A DNA stretch of 63,004 nucleotides, filler included, from Octopus bimaculoides (lineage: Eukaryota), in the NCBI RefSeq assembly GCF_001194135.2. It is 5 parts of 5 records of this genome, joined end to end, with 100 filler letters (N's around TTAATTAATTAA, not from the genome) between each part and the next. Parts side by side here need not be neighbours in the genome. Positions count along the whole stretch, not along the records: positions 18,778 to 44,037 come from NC_068991.1; 4 more parts are not named here. One strand, given 5' to 3'. Below, piece by piece: positions 24,331 through 37,906 of the stretch (position 1 is its first letter; every line of letters starts with the position of its first letter). The position numbers and the translations under genes were made by a program. Under the pieces are notes generated by a model. It did no database searches. It saw nothing but the letters and a program-made list of their open reading frames with translations, and was not told where the DNA came from.

Positions 24331-24810
24331 GTTGAAAGTGTGTTGTCTGTTCCTCCACTCAGGATCCAGTGATATTCGCCACATAATATTTCTTCCTTTC
24401 GTACTATTAGCACCACTTATTTCCTCTTCTCTGTGTCTCTCTCTTTCTTCCATCTGTTGGTAATCCTTTCAAAAAAATAATTTTGATTAACTGAAATATG
24501 AAGTCAAATAAATGCACCAGATGCGAGTTCAAATTATAATAAAGAGAAAACATAATTTTCCTTTTTGTTAGTGCTTCTCTCTATATGAATGAAAACTTAA
24601 TTGTAAAGTTTAAGAGAAACTGAAGAAATATGAATTTAAATATACATGCAATTGGCAGGTAAATGAAATATGCAAGCGGTTTCACAAATGTGAGAGCTCA
24701 GTGTCTAATTCGAGTGCACAAGAAAATATGAAAATGAAACATAAAAGAGAGAGCGAGAGAAAAGGGGTAACTAAACGAATATGATATAGAAAGGCATAGT
24801 CTACACAAAG

Positions 24811-26390
24811 AATAGTTATGTCACAAGTTTCAAGTTTCGTTGGTGTATGAGCTCATCTTGGGTTTTCAAATAGTCGTTGATGAAAGCAGTGGGACCACTA
24901 TATAGACACATTTCAACGCATCTGAATGCAAAGAATACGCTATCATCGTAGATGGAGAGCCATATTGCAAAATGAGACATCGTTCTGAAGTACAAAAACA
25001 GCTCTGTCAAAACGCAAATGAGATACATCGATTCTATGATCTACTGCAACATCCTCTGTTTTATGTCAATGATGAAAGTTGGTATCATTTCGAATTATCA
25101 CAGGCCTGATAAAATCCTTCAGAATTTATCTCATGCATGAACTTCTTTATACATATTACTTCACGGTGTGGAACAATTTATCCAAGAGCCTGAATCGACA
25201 TTAAACTCTTGCCCACAAGTTTACATTGACCATACATGCTAAGATGGAATCTGAGAGATTGTATTACATTAGAATTAATTTAAGAAGAAGATGAGGGTAG
25301 ACTCTTAAATGCATTTAAGGGAGGCAATCAACAAAGATGGAGATGGAAGAAAGAACGGTCAACTTTGTATTCTTCCTTCAAATTTTACTGGTAACCTTCG
25401 ATACATGCACAAACAAATACACTCTTCATTACTTTCATGTGTAACTCAAAAACGGAAAGGGATTCAGAAAGAGAACACTTCTAAGTCAAAGGTACATTAA
25501 CAGGTATGATCTCACAGCCAGAGTGTTTGTCATTTAATGCTAGGAAAGGTTATGGATTTGACTTGTCACATGCACAATGGCACGCTAAAGAACTCAGGAG
25601 GCCCTTAATGGGATATAATAAGATTTGCGAGATACACCACAAATAGAAAGGGTAGCATCAATTTTGTCAGTTAACCTCCTTCACACTCTGCTGGTAATCC
25701 CCAAAGAAACAAAAACCGATGAAATTTGGTCGTATGTTAAATCGTTACCGCTTTGGATCAACATAAAAATCTTTAAACAGTTTACAAACATGTAGGCCCA
25801 TTTTTAGAAAATCAGCTAATTGGTCATTTTGTTTAAAAAATTGTTACAAATTGGAAATGGGCGATTTTCTGTTGACAGTAATGGTACAATTAACCTAACT
25901 CCTATAAACACTGAAGTAAAGACAGTAGACGAATTCATATCGAAGCTGTTCTCTAAACTACAACATCATTATCTGACATAGTAACTGTGCGAAAGAGCTA
26001 CACTTACGTGTAGCTCAACAGCATCAACGTGTAGCTGACGCAGTCACAGAAACAAGTCCAACCTACGAATCCATTGAAATTATTATGGATCGAGAATTAC
26101 TTCGCTATCCTGGTGTATTTTTTTTAAACTTGAAACCTTCAGGTCTAACACCGTACAGACTCATAACTAAACAAATAAAATCCTTCCTAGCGCTGGTGTG
26201 TAATATAGATCAACGGCGGTTTTGCAATATCACAAGCGACACTAATGGTTAAAAAGTTATGCCACATGTCTTCGAGAATACTATTCTTACAAGATGCATC
26301 AAATTAAAGGATGCCATTATATTCATAATTCCTTGTTTTACCACAAGATGACTCATTTCGATTGAGTAGACTTGATTTTCAAGTAGGTTT
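24811..26390 (+). pseudogene. decayed, internally deleted Helitron Rep-helicase
   Basis: Fragments across frames: HFNASECKE, EIHRFYDLLQHPL, AKMESERLYYIR, GQLCILPSNFTGNLRYMH, LFITFMCN (Rep motif 1) and RYDLTARVF. Helicase-like CTMAR..EAL..DLR, LLQIGNG, LCERA, KPSGLTPYRL and KVMPHVFENTILT follow. Confidence 0.88.
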
Positions 26391-26442
26391 TAAATTTTTT
26401 TCACCTCATTCCATCAGTCTTAATTGTAAACATTAACAGCTC

Positions 26443-26861
26443 GGCGCAGGTGTGGCTTGTTGTAAGAAGCTTGCTTTCCAACCACATGGTTCTGGGTTCA
26501 GTCCCACTGCGTAGAACCTGTAAGTGTCTTCTACTACAGCCTCGCGCCGACCAAAGCCTTGTGAGTGGATTTGGTAGACGGAAACTTAAAGAATCCCGTC
26601 GTGTACATATATGTGTGTGTATGTTTGTGTTCGTGTGTGTGTCTTTGTGTTTATGTTTTTCCCCCCACTATTGCTTGACAACCGATCTTGGTGTGTTTAC
26701 GTCCCCGTAACTCAGCGCTTCGGTAAGAGAGACCGATAGAATGAGTACTAAGCTTACAAAGAATTAGTACGAGAGTCGAGTCCGACTAAAACCCTTTAAG
26801 GCGGTGCTCCAGCATGGCCACAATCAAATGACTGAAATAAGTAAAGGAATAAAAGAATAAA
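26443..26861 (+). mobile_element. SINE family A, complete and ungapped
   Basis: tRNA-like head GGCGCAGGTGTGGC..GGTTCAGTCCC, CORE-like segment, internal (TG)n, tail ending AAAGAATAAA. Confidence 0.94.
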
Positions 26862-27469
26862 GTTATTGGATTGCATCGAGAGAAATCTTGCTTTGCTAAT
26901 AGTTTTATGGAAGTTGTTTAAGAGTTGGAAACCCTCAAAATCAATGTAAATCTCAGGTGGTAAAAACTATAGCGTTGTACATCCTGAGGTGCTGACACTC
27001 TGAGATGCTGCTCAAAATTTTCAAGGCGAATATCATATAAGCTGAGTCTTCTTGCTATTCTCAATATTTTTATCACCACATGTATTACAGTTCCAATATT
27101 TGGATGAATGCTTATTTTTTTTTTCTTGTGTCCTTCACTTACCAACACTTCAGTTTTCATTCATTTTTCAATTTTCGTTTAGAATTTCAGAATTTCCAGA
27201 AAGGGAAAATATTACCTCCAATGATAGTTAAAAATGAAATAAAACTGTTTACACTTTAATTTTATCCCTGCATTATTATTTATAGAATGCTCGAATTAGC
27301 TATTTGCAGTTATACAATTGAATTATAAAATAAGTTATTAACACCGACATTGAATGTGTAGCACAGTACATTAGACACTGAACAGCTAATTACATAGAAA
27401 ACAATTTCATTTCTTACTTGAATGATAACTTTTTAAAGAGAAATCCAATAGTGTCCTATTATGCAGACA

Positions 27470-27610
27470 CTATTATGCCGAAGTCAGCTTTGCTATTCAT
27501 TCTACTGGGGTCGATATAATTAAGTACTAATCAAAGATTGGATTCGTTGTAAATAACTAAACCATTCCCACAAAACAGTGCCAATCTTGGGCCTAAATTA
27601 GAAACCATGA
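27470..27610 (+). mobile_element. degenerate SINE family B
   Basis: GAAGTCAGCTTTGCTATTCATTCTACTGGGGTCGATATAATTAAGTAC. Confidence 0.55.
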
Positions 27611-27674
27611 TAGTATAGAAGATTGGCCTGTTGACTGGACATCAATACTTTGAATTCTTTCTCTTTTAAGTTAG

Positions 27675-27916
27675 TATTGGGTTGGTGTATAATTATTGCG
27701 GCTTTTTTTCAACAAACTTTATTCAACAAAGATAATTACAACATGTTACAAAAACATCTTTAAATGATTATTCCGGAGCATATTCACTATCTACTTCAAT
27801 TACTGCTTCCCATTTGCTTGGCAGACCGTGATTCAAAGATGTTTTTGTTAAATATTGTTTTTGTTGAATAAAATTTATTGAAAAAAAAGCCGCAATAATT
27901 ATGCACCAACCCAATA
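27675..27916 (-). mobile_element. mariner MITE with TA target duplication and about 90-bp inverted arms
   Basis: TA-TTGGGTTGGTGTATAATTATTGCGGC ... GCCGCAATAATTATGCACCAACCCAA-TA. The internal minus strand reads LPSKWEAVIEVDSEYAPE*. Confidence 0.92.
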
Positions 27917-29254
27917 ATAGTTCTAGCATTCGCTTAGAGCATCCATAAAGAAATTAAAAGATTCTAGCTACAGATGTATAGTATTTTTGTATGTTGAAAT
28001 GTAGAACGTTGCACAGTTGCTTTCTGCGAACAGATTTCATTTTATTATGGTATTGATGTTATTCCAAAGTACTATGGTTGATACTTGTTTAAAGTGCGGA
28101 AATATTCCAGTACATATTGAGTAATTTTCACGATGCCTGTTATGGTTGTACTTTTGATTATGTTTATATTAATGCTCTGCTCTATTTGTGATAGGGATAA
28201 AATAACAAATTGTTGAAATCTAGAGTTTCATCGAATAATTTTACTACTATAATAATGTGTTCGGTTATTTTAATTCTATAATGAAGGTGGTGGTGAGGGA
28301 AGCGGATGTTTATCTTTTCTTATTATTTTAAGCGAATAGATGGATTCTGTTGGAAGTTTGTTCTCCGATTTTTAAAAGCGCAGTAAGATTATTTCGGAAT
28401 GAAAATGTCCGTTCCTCCTGCTATATAATTAATTCAGATGTTACTATTTTTGCTATTCCTTTTATCTAATTAAGTGTGATCCACCCTACATTTCCATATG
28501 TGTTGATCATAAAATTTGCAATGTGCCTTCAGTATGACTATCAATAACATATAGGTTTTTATGGTGTCTAATTGGATGAATAATTAGTGAGAAATTTTTT
28601 TATGTCAGGTGGTTTTCTGTTTAATTTTTTCTGGGAATTGTTACTGTTCTATATGTCATCCTCAAATTGTTGTAGCAAAATATTGACAAACAGGAACATA
28701 TTAGATTCAAATTCATATTTCTATTTCTTGTGTAAATTATCTTGGTGAGCAAAAAATATGCTCACTTTCATGGTCATCAAATGAAGCTGAATGATTTTTA
28801 AATAAGATTTTTAAATAGTCTTTTTTATATGGGTATGTTTTACTAAACATATTAATTTGTAGATTCGGCATTTTTGTTTGGCAGTAGCGGTTAAAAACTC
28901 AGCAATGCAGGTGGTTACTCAAACTAGCAGTGTATTACGTAAAGTACTATTCCATTGTTATTCAAATATACTGATACGCATTCACAACTATTTAACGATA
29001 TACCTATTGTTCCCGCATCCAGAATAAATTTGATTTGACTATACGAACGTGAACATTTTGTCTTCAATACAATATTCTTTTTTTTTTTATTCTTACATTT
29101 CAACTTCTGAAGAAGAGCTCATGCGTAAAACGCTAAAACACCTATTTCTATTAATGTGAAACTAATAACGAAACTTTTTGTTTATCTTGCCTTTCGTGTT
29201 CTTGTTTGCTTTTCTCTCTCCCACTCTTGCTCTCTCTCTCTCTCNNNNNNNNNN

Positions 29255-29307
<53 letters not shown>

Positions 29308-30880
29308 TTGATAAATATACACTTACATACATACATACATACATACATACATGTGTGTATATATACATACATACACATACGTATGTATATATAGACACTC
29401 TAACGACTCTGCTAATTGATAGTGATGTTAGAGCATCGGATTGATTGCTTTGCAATATTTTTTCCTGTTCTGTTCGCTCTGAGTTCAAACTTTGCCTGTC
29501 ATCTTTTTAGGTTCGAAAAATAAAATACCATCCCTGCACTGGGGTTCGTACTTCCCTTTCTCTTGCTCTTACAAATATACGCAAAAAGAAACTATTTGTA
29601 GACACTGCATACTTATGACGAACATTATTTATTAGCGTTACAAGAGAAAATTCAAAACCCAAGCAAAATATTGTACGAGCGCGAAGTGCTGCACTCAGTA
29701 GTGCAGAGAAGAAGAAGAAGATGATGATGACGACGACGACGATGACGTAGATTGTCTTTGTTTGGCATTGAAAGGAGTAAGGTTGGAAGACAAGAGAATG
29801 AATGCATAAATGATAAGAAATTTTAAAATGCATGAATGAAAATAAAGATTGAATGAACGAAAACATGAAAGATAGGGAAGAACGAAAGAGGAGAAGCTAA
29901 TTCCAAACTAGTCAATTACATTTTTGGTTTATTGTTCATTGCTAAACTTAAAGAGAGCTTTTACAGTGTAGAAGCTCTCTAATCTGAATAAAAGATAAAA
30001 GTGACATATAATCATATTGGTATCATTTCAGAAATTTGCAAGTGCGGAAAAATATATCCCCCACTCTGTCATCACTAACATCAACTTCACAATAACAACT
30101 TCAAGTAATAACATTAAAAATTGCCACTACCATTACCAGTTTCTCAAGAAGAAATATTAAAAGCTAGCGTCTTCAATGATTCTAACACTGCAATTTGTCT
30201 TAAGTTAAGGCAGCTGTTTCTGCTGCTGCTGCTGCTGCTATTATTGTTGTTATTATTGCAGCTGTTTCCTTTGCAACGTTTCTTCCTTCTCTTCCCTCTT
30301 CCTCTCTGAGCTATGAAATTATACACAATATTTGCTACCTACAGTTGCAAGCTTCAGCACACAATGCAATATCTATTTTAACCTGAAAGGGAAAACAAAT
30401 AGAGGTTTGGTATCGTTAGGCCTTTGGCAGTCTTCACACTATTTCTGCTAATACTCGTTGTTACGGAAAGATATAGCAGGACTAGTTAGATTAGGTTTTA
30501 ACACGGTACGAAAAATACATATATGGAAATACAGTAAAAGAACCGTTTCTGGCACTCCACCGATTCTACCATCGAACAAATGACATCATAGTCGTATAGG
30601 GTCGACAGAAGCAGTGTGGCAGTAGACGGCAGCCTAAGATCCCTGAGGCCGAGTCCAGCCTACCAGCAAAAATTTTCCGGCATACGATCTTCAAAGAAAA
30701 TGATGTCTAACTAGCTAGTGTTTTCTAGAAATGAAAATGTTGGTTGATTTCGAGCGTGTTATTTTGCTGACCGGTAATGCATTAATTAAAATATTACACA
30801 ATTACTTTAGTTATTACTATTCTCTGTATACTCTTTTTATGATGTACTATTCAAATAATTTACTGTTAGATTCAAATAAT

Positions 30881-31016
30881 ATTCTTTTCTACTCTAGGCA
30901 CAAGGCCCGAAATTTTTGGGGAGGAGGCCAGTCAATTAGATCGACTCCAGTACGCAACTGGTACTTAATTTATCGACCCCGAATGATGAAAGGCAAAGTC
31001 AACCTCGGTGGAAGAT
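30881..31016 (-). mobile_element. SINE family B, 5' truncated
   Basis: Tail plus core near consensus. Confidence 0.9.
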
Positions 31017-31042
31017 TTAACTAATATTTCAATATTCCATCA

Positions 31043-31253
31043 GGGGGCGAGCTGGCAGAGTCGTTTGCATGCAGGGCAAAATGCTTAGCGGTATTTCGTC
31101 CGTCTTTACGTTCTGAGTTCAAACGCCACCGGGGTCGACTTTGCCTTTCATCCTTTCGGATCGATAAAACAAATACCAGTTGAGTACTGAGCTCGATGTA
31201 ATTGATTAGTCACTTCCCCTGAACTTGCTGGCCTTGAGACAAAATTTGAAACC
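31043..31253 (+). mobile_element. SINE family B, full length
   Basis: Head GGCGAGCTGGCAGAG, B box GAGTTCAAAC, core, tail. Confidence 0.92.
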
Positions 31254-31842
31254 AATATTTCAGTATTCCGTACTGTGTAAGAAAATCTAGAAGATTCTAG
31301 ATTTACGTGGCTAAATCCTTTAAGAAAAGCCACTTAGTGTCTAAGGTATTCTCTGGAAACAATAAGTCAATCCAAACAAGTTGTTAAATAACTCTAAATA
31401 AATGACATTCGCGCGCGCGCACACATACACAAGGATTCTACATATGAGAGGAGACTTAGAGAATTATAATTTTTAAATTGTGTATCAATCAAATTTGAAA
31501 ATAAAACAAAAACTTTGAGCTATTTTACGAATTTTACATTATTTCAAAAACACATTGTTTATCATTTTTAATATGTAAGATTTCAGAATATTTTAGGATG
31601 AATTATATCGCTAACAAATTTGTAGCTACACAATATTTATCGATAAAATAAACTCGCTAAATATTTCTAGAGCAATCTAAAACTGTGCCGTCACAAAAAT
31701 TGGACTTAAAGAAAACTTAAGTTTTAGAAATTTCATATAGAATTATTCTATTTTTGTTTCTAATATGGTAAACAATTTAATTTCGTTGAAGTTGAACAAT
31801 GTTGAACAAACCGTAAAAGTAAAATATAGTTATGACTATAAT

Positions 31843-32140
31843 TACAGTGGAGTACACGTATACGAACGGTTCCATAAACGAACAAAGTGAATAACGAACA
31901 GTTTTTCTGGAAGAAAATTAAATTTGCATGACGATCCACGAGCAGATTACGCACGCATAGGAGAGAGTATTTGAATCATGCACTAAATGAGCAAATTGTA
32001 TAACAAACATCTTTTCTGGAGAAAATTGTATTTAATCAACGAGTTAAAATTTGAACAAGGAACGAGTATATGCGCATATAAGTGACTGGGAGAGCGTATA
32101 TATATGGTTCGTTAACATCCATGTCCGCATTTGATGTAGC
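31843..32140. mobile_element. possible Tigger/pogo-like MITE
   Basis: TA+CAGTGG..TATACGAACGGTTCC left end. The right end is degenerate. Confidence 0.4.
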
Positions 32141-32469
32141 TTACAAATTTTCATATTTCATATAGAAAATATTAATATTTCTATTCTTTTTGTTTTTTGT
32201 TAAAAAACGTAACCCTGGATCGACAGTAGTGAATGAGAAAAATCAAGTACCACAAAAACTAAGGAAATAGCATATAAGCATGTAAACGGTACAAGTGCTA
32301 GCAATCTTTTTCTACCTCTTCTCTTTAATAATCTCCTCTCTCTTTTTGTGCCTAATCCCGGCACGTTAAACAATTTGTCACACTAAGATGCCTGTAAATT
32401 TTTATTTACAGGTATTTTGTACATTGTTTTTGTATTTATTTATTTGTTCTTTATGCATTTGTTCGTTCG

Positions 32470-32600
32470 TTTAGCATTCATTTGTCTATACTGGCATGGG
32501 TTTAGATGGATATTTCATTGGTAGCGGAATTTTACTGCGAGATCGTCTTCTTGTCACTAACCCCAACCTGTTTTCAAATAAGGGATATAATTTTTTCCAC
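32470..32600 (-). mobile_element. degenerate copy of the RTE-tailed repeat at 46025
   Basis: GCATGGG..CTAACCCCAACCTGTTTTCAAATAAGG similarity. Confidence 0.45.
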
Positions 32601-32723
32601 CGAACAACGAAGGACATCCCTTCATGGATAACTACAAACAAGTTGACGCTAACAGTTTATTTACAATTAGCGTAAACATGTCAAACCAAAGGGAAAACAT
32701 ACATACATACATACACACACATA

Positions 32724-32754
<31 letters not shown>

Positions 32755-35229
32755 NNNNNNNNNNNNNNNNNNNNNNNNNNNNNNNNNNNNNNNNNNNNNN
32801 NNNNNNNNNNNNNNNNNNNNNNNNNNNNNNNNNNNNNNNNNNNNNNNNNNNNNNNNNNNNNNNNNNNNNNNNNNNNNNNNNNNNNNNNNNNNNNNNNNNN
32901 NNNNNNNNNNNNNNNNNNNNNNNNNNNNNNNNNNNNNNNNNNNNNNNNNNNNNNNNNNNNNNNNNNNNNNNNNNNNNNNNNNNNNNNNNNNNNNNNNNNN
33001 NNNNNNNNNNNNNNNNNNNNNNNNNNNNNNNNNNNNNNNNNNNNNNNNNNNNNNNNNNNNNNNNNNNNNNNNNNNNNNNNNNNNNNNNNNNNNNNNNNNN
33101 NNNNNNNNNNNNNNNNNNNNNNNNNNNNNNNNNNNNNNNNNNNNNNNNNNNNNNNNNNNNNNNNNNNNNNNNNNNNNNNNNNNNNNNNNNNNNNNNNNNN
33201 NNNNNNNNNNNNNNNNNNNNNNNNNNNNNNNNNNNNNNNNNNNNNNNNNNNNNNNNNNNNNNNNNNNNNNNNNNNNNNNNNNNNNNNNNNNNNNNNNNNN
33301 NNNNNNNNNNNNNNNNNNNNNNNNNNNNNNNNNNNNNNNNNNNNNNNNNNNNTGCGTGTGTGTGTGTGTGTGTGTGTGTTTATCATGAACTAACACAGTG
33401 GCGTAAATAAAATGCCGTAACTGCCTTCAGTAGTCAAGTAAGCCAACTCAGGGAATCTAATTCGAGTTTGCAAGCGGCGATCTAAGCGAACATAAATACG
33501 ACGTAGTGATAGGATACAAACCAGCGACCTTTCCCCAGATAATTAAGTAGCCCTTTGAAACCTCTCATCTTCAATGACCGCTAGCATTCGCAACTATAAG
33601 CCTTTTTTTGTACATCACAGTTTTGTAACCATTGTAAATTATTACTTAATATTGCTAGGGATATGAGAAATCCATTCATCCATTCTATTTCCCAGTGATG
33701 TAAAGGTAATAATTAACAAGATTCGGGGTTAATCCACGCTTAATCAATATTCTAATTTCTTTTATTATGTATTTTTTTGGGGTACAAATTAATGAATCTT
33801 CATAGAAACATTACGCCTTTATGTTAAAGATTTTGGTTATGCTTTCGATTTCGTTCTATCGTTAAATTCGTTTAAAATGTAACATGCAACTTGTGTCATT
33901 ATGTCAAAGATTTAGAACAGCTTGGGAGACACGTGATAAACATTTATTTGAAATGATTTTTCTTTTTGTTTTTGAAATTTTAATATTGAATATATTTCCA
34001 TAATTCAGTAGTAATTGATTTTTATAGCTTTCTCTCTTCCTCACACACACATACACATACATTCACACATAAAAATCCATACATGAATTTATTGACATCT
34101 GAATGACAAAAACGAAGGCTGCTCTGAAGAGCGAAATGAAGGGAGAGAAATGAGGAAGACAAGCGGTTACCAGCCAGACGGGAAATAGAATAATGATGGA
34201 AAATTTATATATAATATATATGAGATATGCAATATATCAAAGCCTAAGTACAACTTGGAATTTCTTTTGAAATAAATAGCGTTAATTTCAAACACACACT
34301 GCGTGACATTGCAGTAAATACATTCTTGTGATAGATATTGATACAGAAGTCAAAGATTGTATTATATGTTAGATATATTGTTTATAAATCTATCCTGTCC
34401 TAAAAAGTGAATCATCCAGTTTTCTTTATTGAAATAATGCTCCATTATCTCAAAACAAATCTGATTTCCAACACACGCAAACATATACATATACACACAC
34501 ATATAAACCTACAAAATCTCATGCGAATATACACGTTGGAATATGGGTGATACGCTGATAATTTATTCAGTATTTTATGATTATCAGTAAGAAGCAGCCT
34601 GTCTTTTTATATTAATGTGTTCTTTCTACGTAGAACTTTGTATTATGATGACAACCACTTAAGTGCCTGAATAGTTTGTGTCCAGACAAGCGCCATTCAG
34701 TCAGAATCCGCTGTATATATATATATATATATACATATCAAGCAATGTGTTCTGTAGACTTTCCTAAAAAAAAAGAAAAAAACACGTCCTCCTAGCGTTC
34801 CAAGGAGAGGCTCCCAGTTAGCCGAGAGCCAACCATTCTAGATTGCTGAGGATGATATATCCAACAAGCAACAATAAGAATTGTTTCAGTACCTCAGAAT
34901 AGCAATCGATATTCTCAAAAAGGTAGAAACATGGAAATTTAATGGCAAAATCTCGTGTTTAGAATGGCAAAACCTCAAGTGTAAACTATTTCCCTGTTGA
35001 GATAATTAAACACTATGATGACACTATTTTGAATCAAATTCAAGAGATCTTAACGCAAATATTACAGACAGAAACGACAAAATGTAAGAATATTCCGGTG
35101 ATAACATATATAAACGTCAGAACAACACTCTGGTATTCAGGAACTACCAAGGGTTGTAATTTATACCTATCAAGATTTTCAACAAAGTACCAAAATACTG
35201 CAATTTTATCTCTCGGATACAAGATTTAT

Positions 35230-35348
35230 GCTCTCTCTCTCTCTTCCTCCGCCTCTTTCTCTCTCTCTTCCTCCGCCTCTTTCTCTCTCTCTTCCTCCGC
35301 CTCTTTCTCTCTCTCTTCCTCCGCCTCTTTCTCTCTCTCTTCCTCCGC
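35230..35348. repeat. 24-bp minisatellite (TCTTCCTCCGCCTCTTTCTCTCTC)n
   Basis: About 5 perfect units running into a gap. Confidence 0.93.
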
Positions 35349-36109
35349 NNNNNNNNNNNNNNNNNNNNNNNNNNNNNNNNNNNNNNNNNNNNNNNNNNNN
35401 NNNNNNNNNNNNNNNNNNNNNNNNNNNNNNNNNNNNNNNNNNNNNNNNNNNNNNNNNNNNNNNNNNNNNNNNNNNNNNNNNNNNNNNNNNNNNNNNNNNN
35501 NNNNNNNNNNNNNNNNNNNNNNNNNNNNNNNNNNNNNNNNNNNNNNNNNNNNNNNNNNNNNNNNNNNNNNNNNNNNNNNNNNNNNNNNNNNNNNNNNNNN
35601 NNNNNNNNNNNNNNNNNNNNNNNNNNNNNNNNNNNNNNNNNNNNNNNNNNNNNNNNNNNNNNNNNNNNNNNNNNNNNNNNNNNNNNNNNNNNNNNNNNNN
35701 NNNNNNNNNNNNNNNNNNNNNNNNNNNNNNNNNNNNNNNNNNNNNNNNNNNNNNNNNNNNNNNNNNNNNNNNNNNNNNNNNNNNNNNNNNNNNNNNNNNN
35801 NNNNNNNNNNNNNNNNNNNNNNNNNNNNNNNNNNNNNNNNNNNNNNNNNNNNNNNNNNNNNNNNNNNNNNNNNNNNNNNNNNNNNNNNNNNNNNNNNNNN
35901 NNNNNNNNNNNNNNNNNNNNNNNNNNNNNNNNNNNNNNNNNNNNNNNNNNNNNNNNNNNNNNNNNNNNNNNNNNNNNNNNNNNNNNNNNNNNNNNNNNNN
36001 NNNNNNNNNNNNNNNNNNNNNNNNNNNNNNNNNNNNNNNNNNNNNNNNNNNNNNNATAAATGAAACTGGGTAGGTGGAGACTGTAGGGAAACCGGTCAAG
36101 TGGTTTATA

Positions 36110-36255
36110 CATGTAATTCAAAAGGTACATCAATGTCACATTGATTCTGCGTGAGAATTATGTTGAGGGGTCATGTGTCTGTGGAATGCTCAGCTACTTA
36201 CACGTTACATCAGGAGCAGGTAAACTAGTTGATCGTACAACCGAATCATCATCGT
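36110..36255 (+). mobile_element. SINE family C 3' part, diverged
   Basis: Matches 17675-17815. Confidence 0.75.
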
Positions 36256-36824
36256 CGAAGACGGAGACCCATCTCAACCAGGAATAATCAGAACATCTTG
36301 ATCATGAAAGCTACTGTCTCTCGCGCTCTTGTTCGGTGTACTCTTTTCTTTAAGGGACCGAAGGCTGAACCATTTACAACTGTGACATACGTTTACATGC
36401 TGAATTTCCTACCATACTTCATTAGCAAGGTCTTATATATTAATAAATACGAAATTCTGTCTGTCCAGGATCCCTGTATTTCAGTCTACATTTGTTCTAC
36501 ATAGACATATTATACCTTTTTGGGATCAGGATGATCCCAAGATTGAACATTTGCCCTTCATTTGGTTCTTGAACATCCAGCATTAGGATCTGATTTAAAA
36601 GCATTTGGGTCGTTATTTCTAGCAGGTAAAGCTTGACTGATTCACGCTACCTTGGCTGGCGTTTTTCAGATGACATCACAGATCAAGGGAAAGATAAATG
36701 ACATTCGCTTCGTTAATTTTACGTCGAGATAAGAATTTGGGGACAAATTGACCAGCAGTTGGAATTCAACTAGGGACTGGAATGATTGCATTACAGAATT
36801 AATCCTCGTCCGTACTTAACCTCT

Positions 36825-36936
36825 GAGCTTTGGGTGTTTTCACTCAATAAACTCTCACAACGCCTGGTCTGAGAATCGAAACCGCGATCCTATGACCGCG
36901 AGTCCGCTGCCCCAACCACTGGGCCATTGCGCCTCT
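36825..36936 (-). mobile_element. SINE family C tRNA-like head
   Basis: Its reverse complement is nearly identical to 17471-17582. Confidence 0.9.
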
Positions 36937-37544
36937 ACAAACTAGAACATAATAAGGACAAAACAAATTGCATTTTGTGAGAAATACTGAAAAGACGCCC
37001 CAGCGAATATGGGTTGTTTCCTAAATGCTAGTTTCAATGAAGAACCCAAATGGACTGTTCTATCGTGATTAGCGTCTAGACTATCGATTTAGATTCTCTG
37101 TTGCAGAAAACAAAGCCATTGCGTATTCTGTTGGAATGTTGTGTACATCGAAATGACACGGTTCACGAAACATCATCGAGACACCGTCTTATATGAACGA
37201 CAGATTGCTGTTCTACTAAAACAGATTTTTATATTGTTGGTAATTCGAGAATACTTGTTGGCCGTAATCTATCCGAGCCACCTCTCCATCACAAAATTGA
37301 ATTTAATAAAATGATAAATAAATGAGATAATAAATAAATAAAACAATAAATAAATTCCTGCGCCAGCAGTCACTGTTAAGGTTGATTTGAAGTCCATCAT
37401 ATAATCTATAATATTCCACTCGTATCGACGTGTGTTCGAGTTTTACACCTTAAAAAAAACCTGCCTTTGCTATGAAAGTAACTCGAAGGCATAATCGAAA
37501 TTTTTAACATAATGATTTCAGGAAAGCAATTCCGAAAAAAAGGG

Positions 37545-37906
37545 CTAATGGATTCAATCGACTCCGAAGATATTTTATTTTCTTGACCTCTGAGGAATAC
37601 AAGGTAAAGTTGACCTTAGCAGGGTTTGAACTCAGAACGTTAAGCGTCAGAAGAAATACAGCAAAGCACTTTTTCCGATCTTCTAACGATTCTGCCAGCT
37701 CACTGCCTTTGGTTGATTTTGCTTTGACACATTGGAATTGATAGTATCAATCGCCGCATTTGACCGGTACATTATTTTATCGATCCCAGAGAGCTAAATG
37801 GCAAAGTTGATACCTGTGGGATTTGAACTGGCAACGTAAAGAGTTAGAACAAATACTGCAAAGCATTTTTTGCCGACGCTTTAACGTTCCTACCAGTTTG
37901 CCACCC
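37545..37906 (-). mobile_element. two tandem SINE family B copies
   Basis: Two successive core+head units. Confidence 0.8.
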
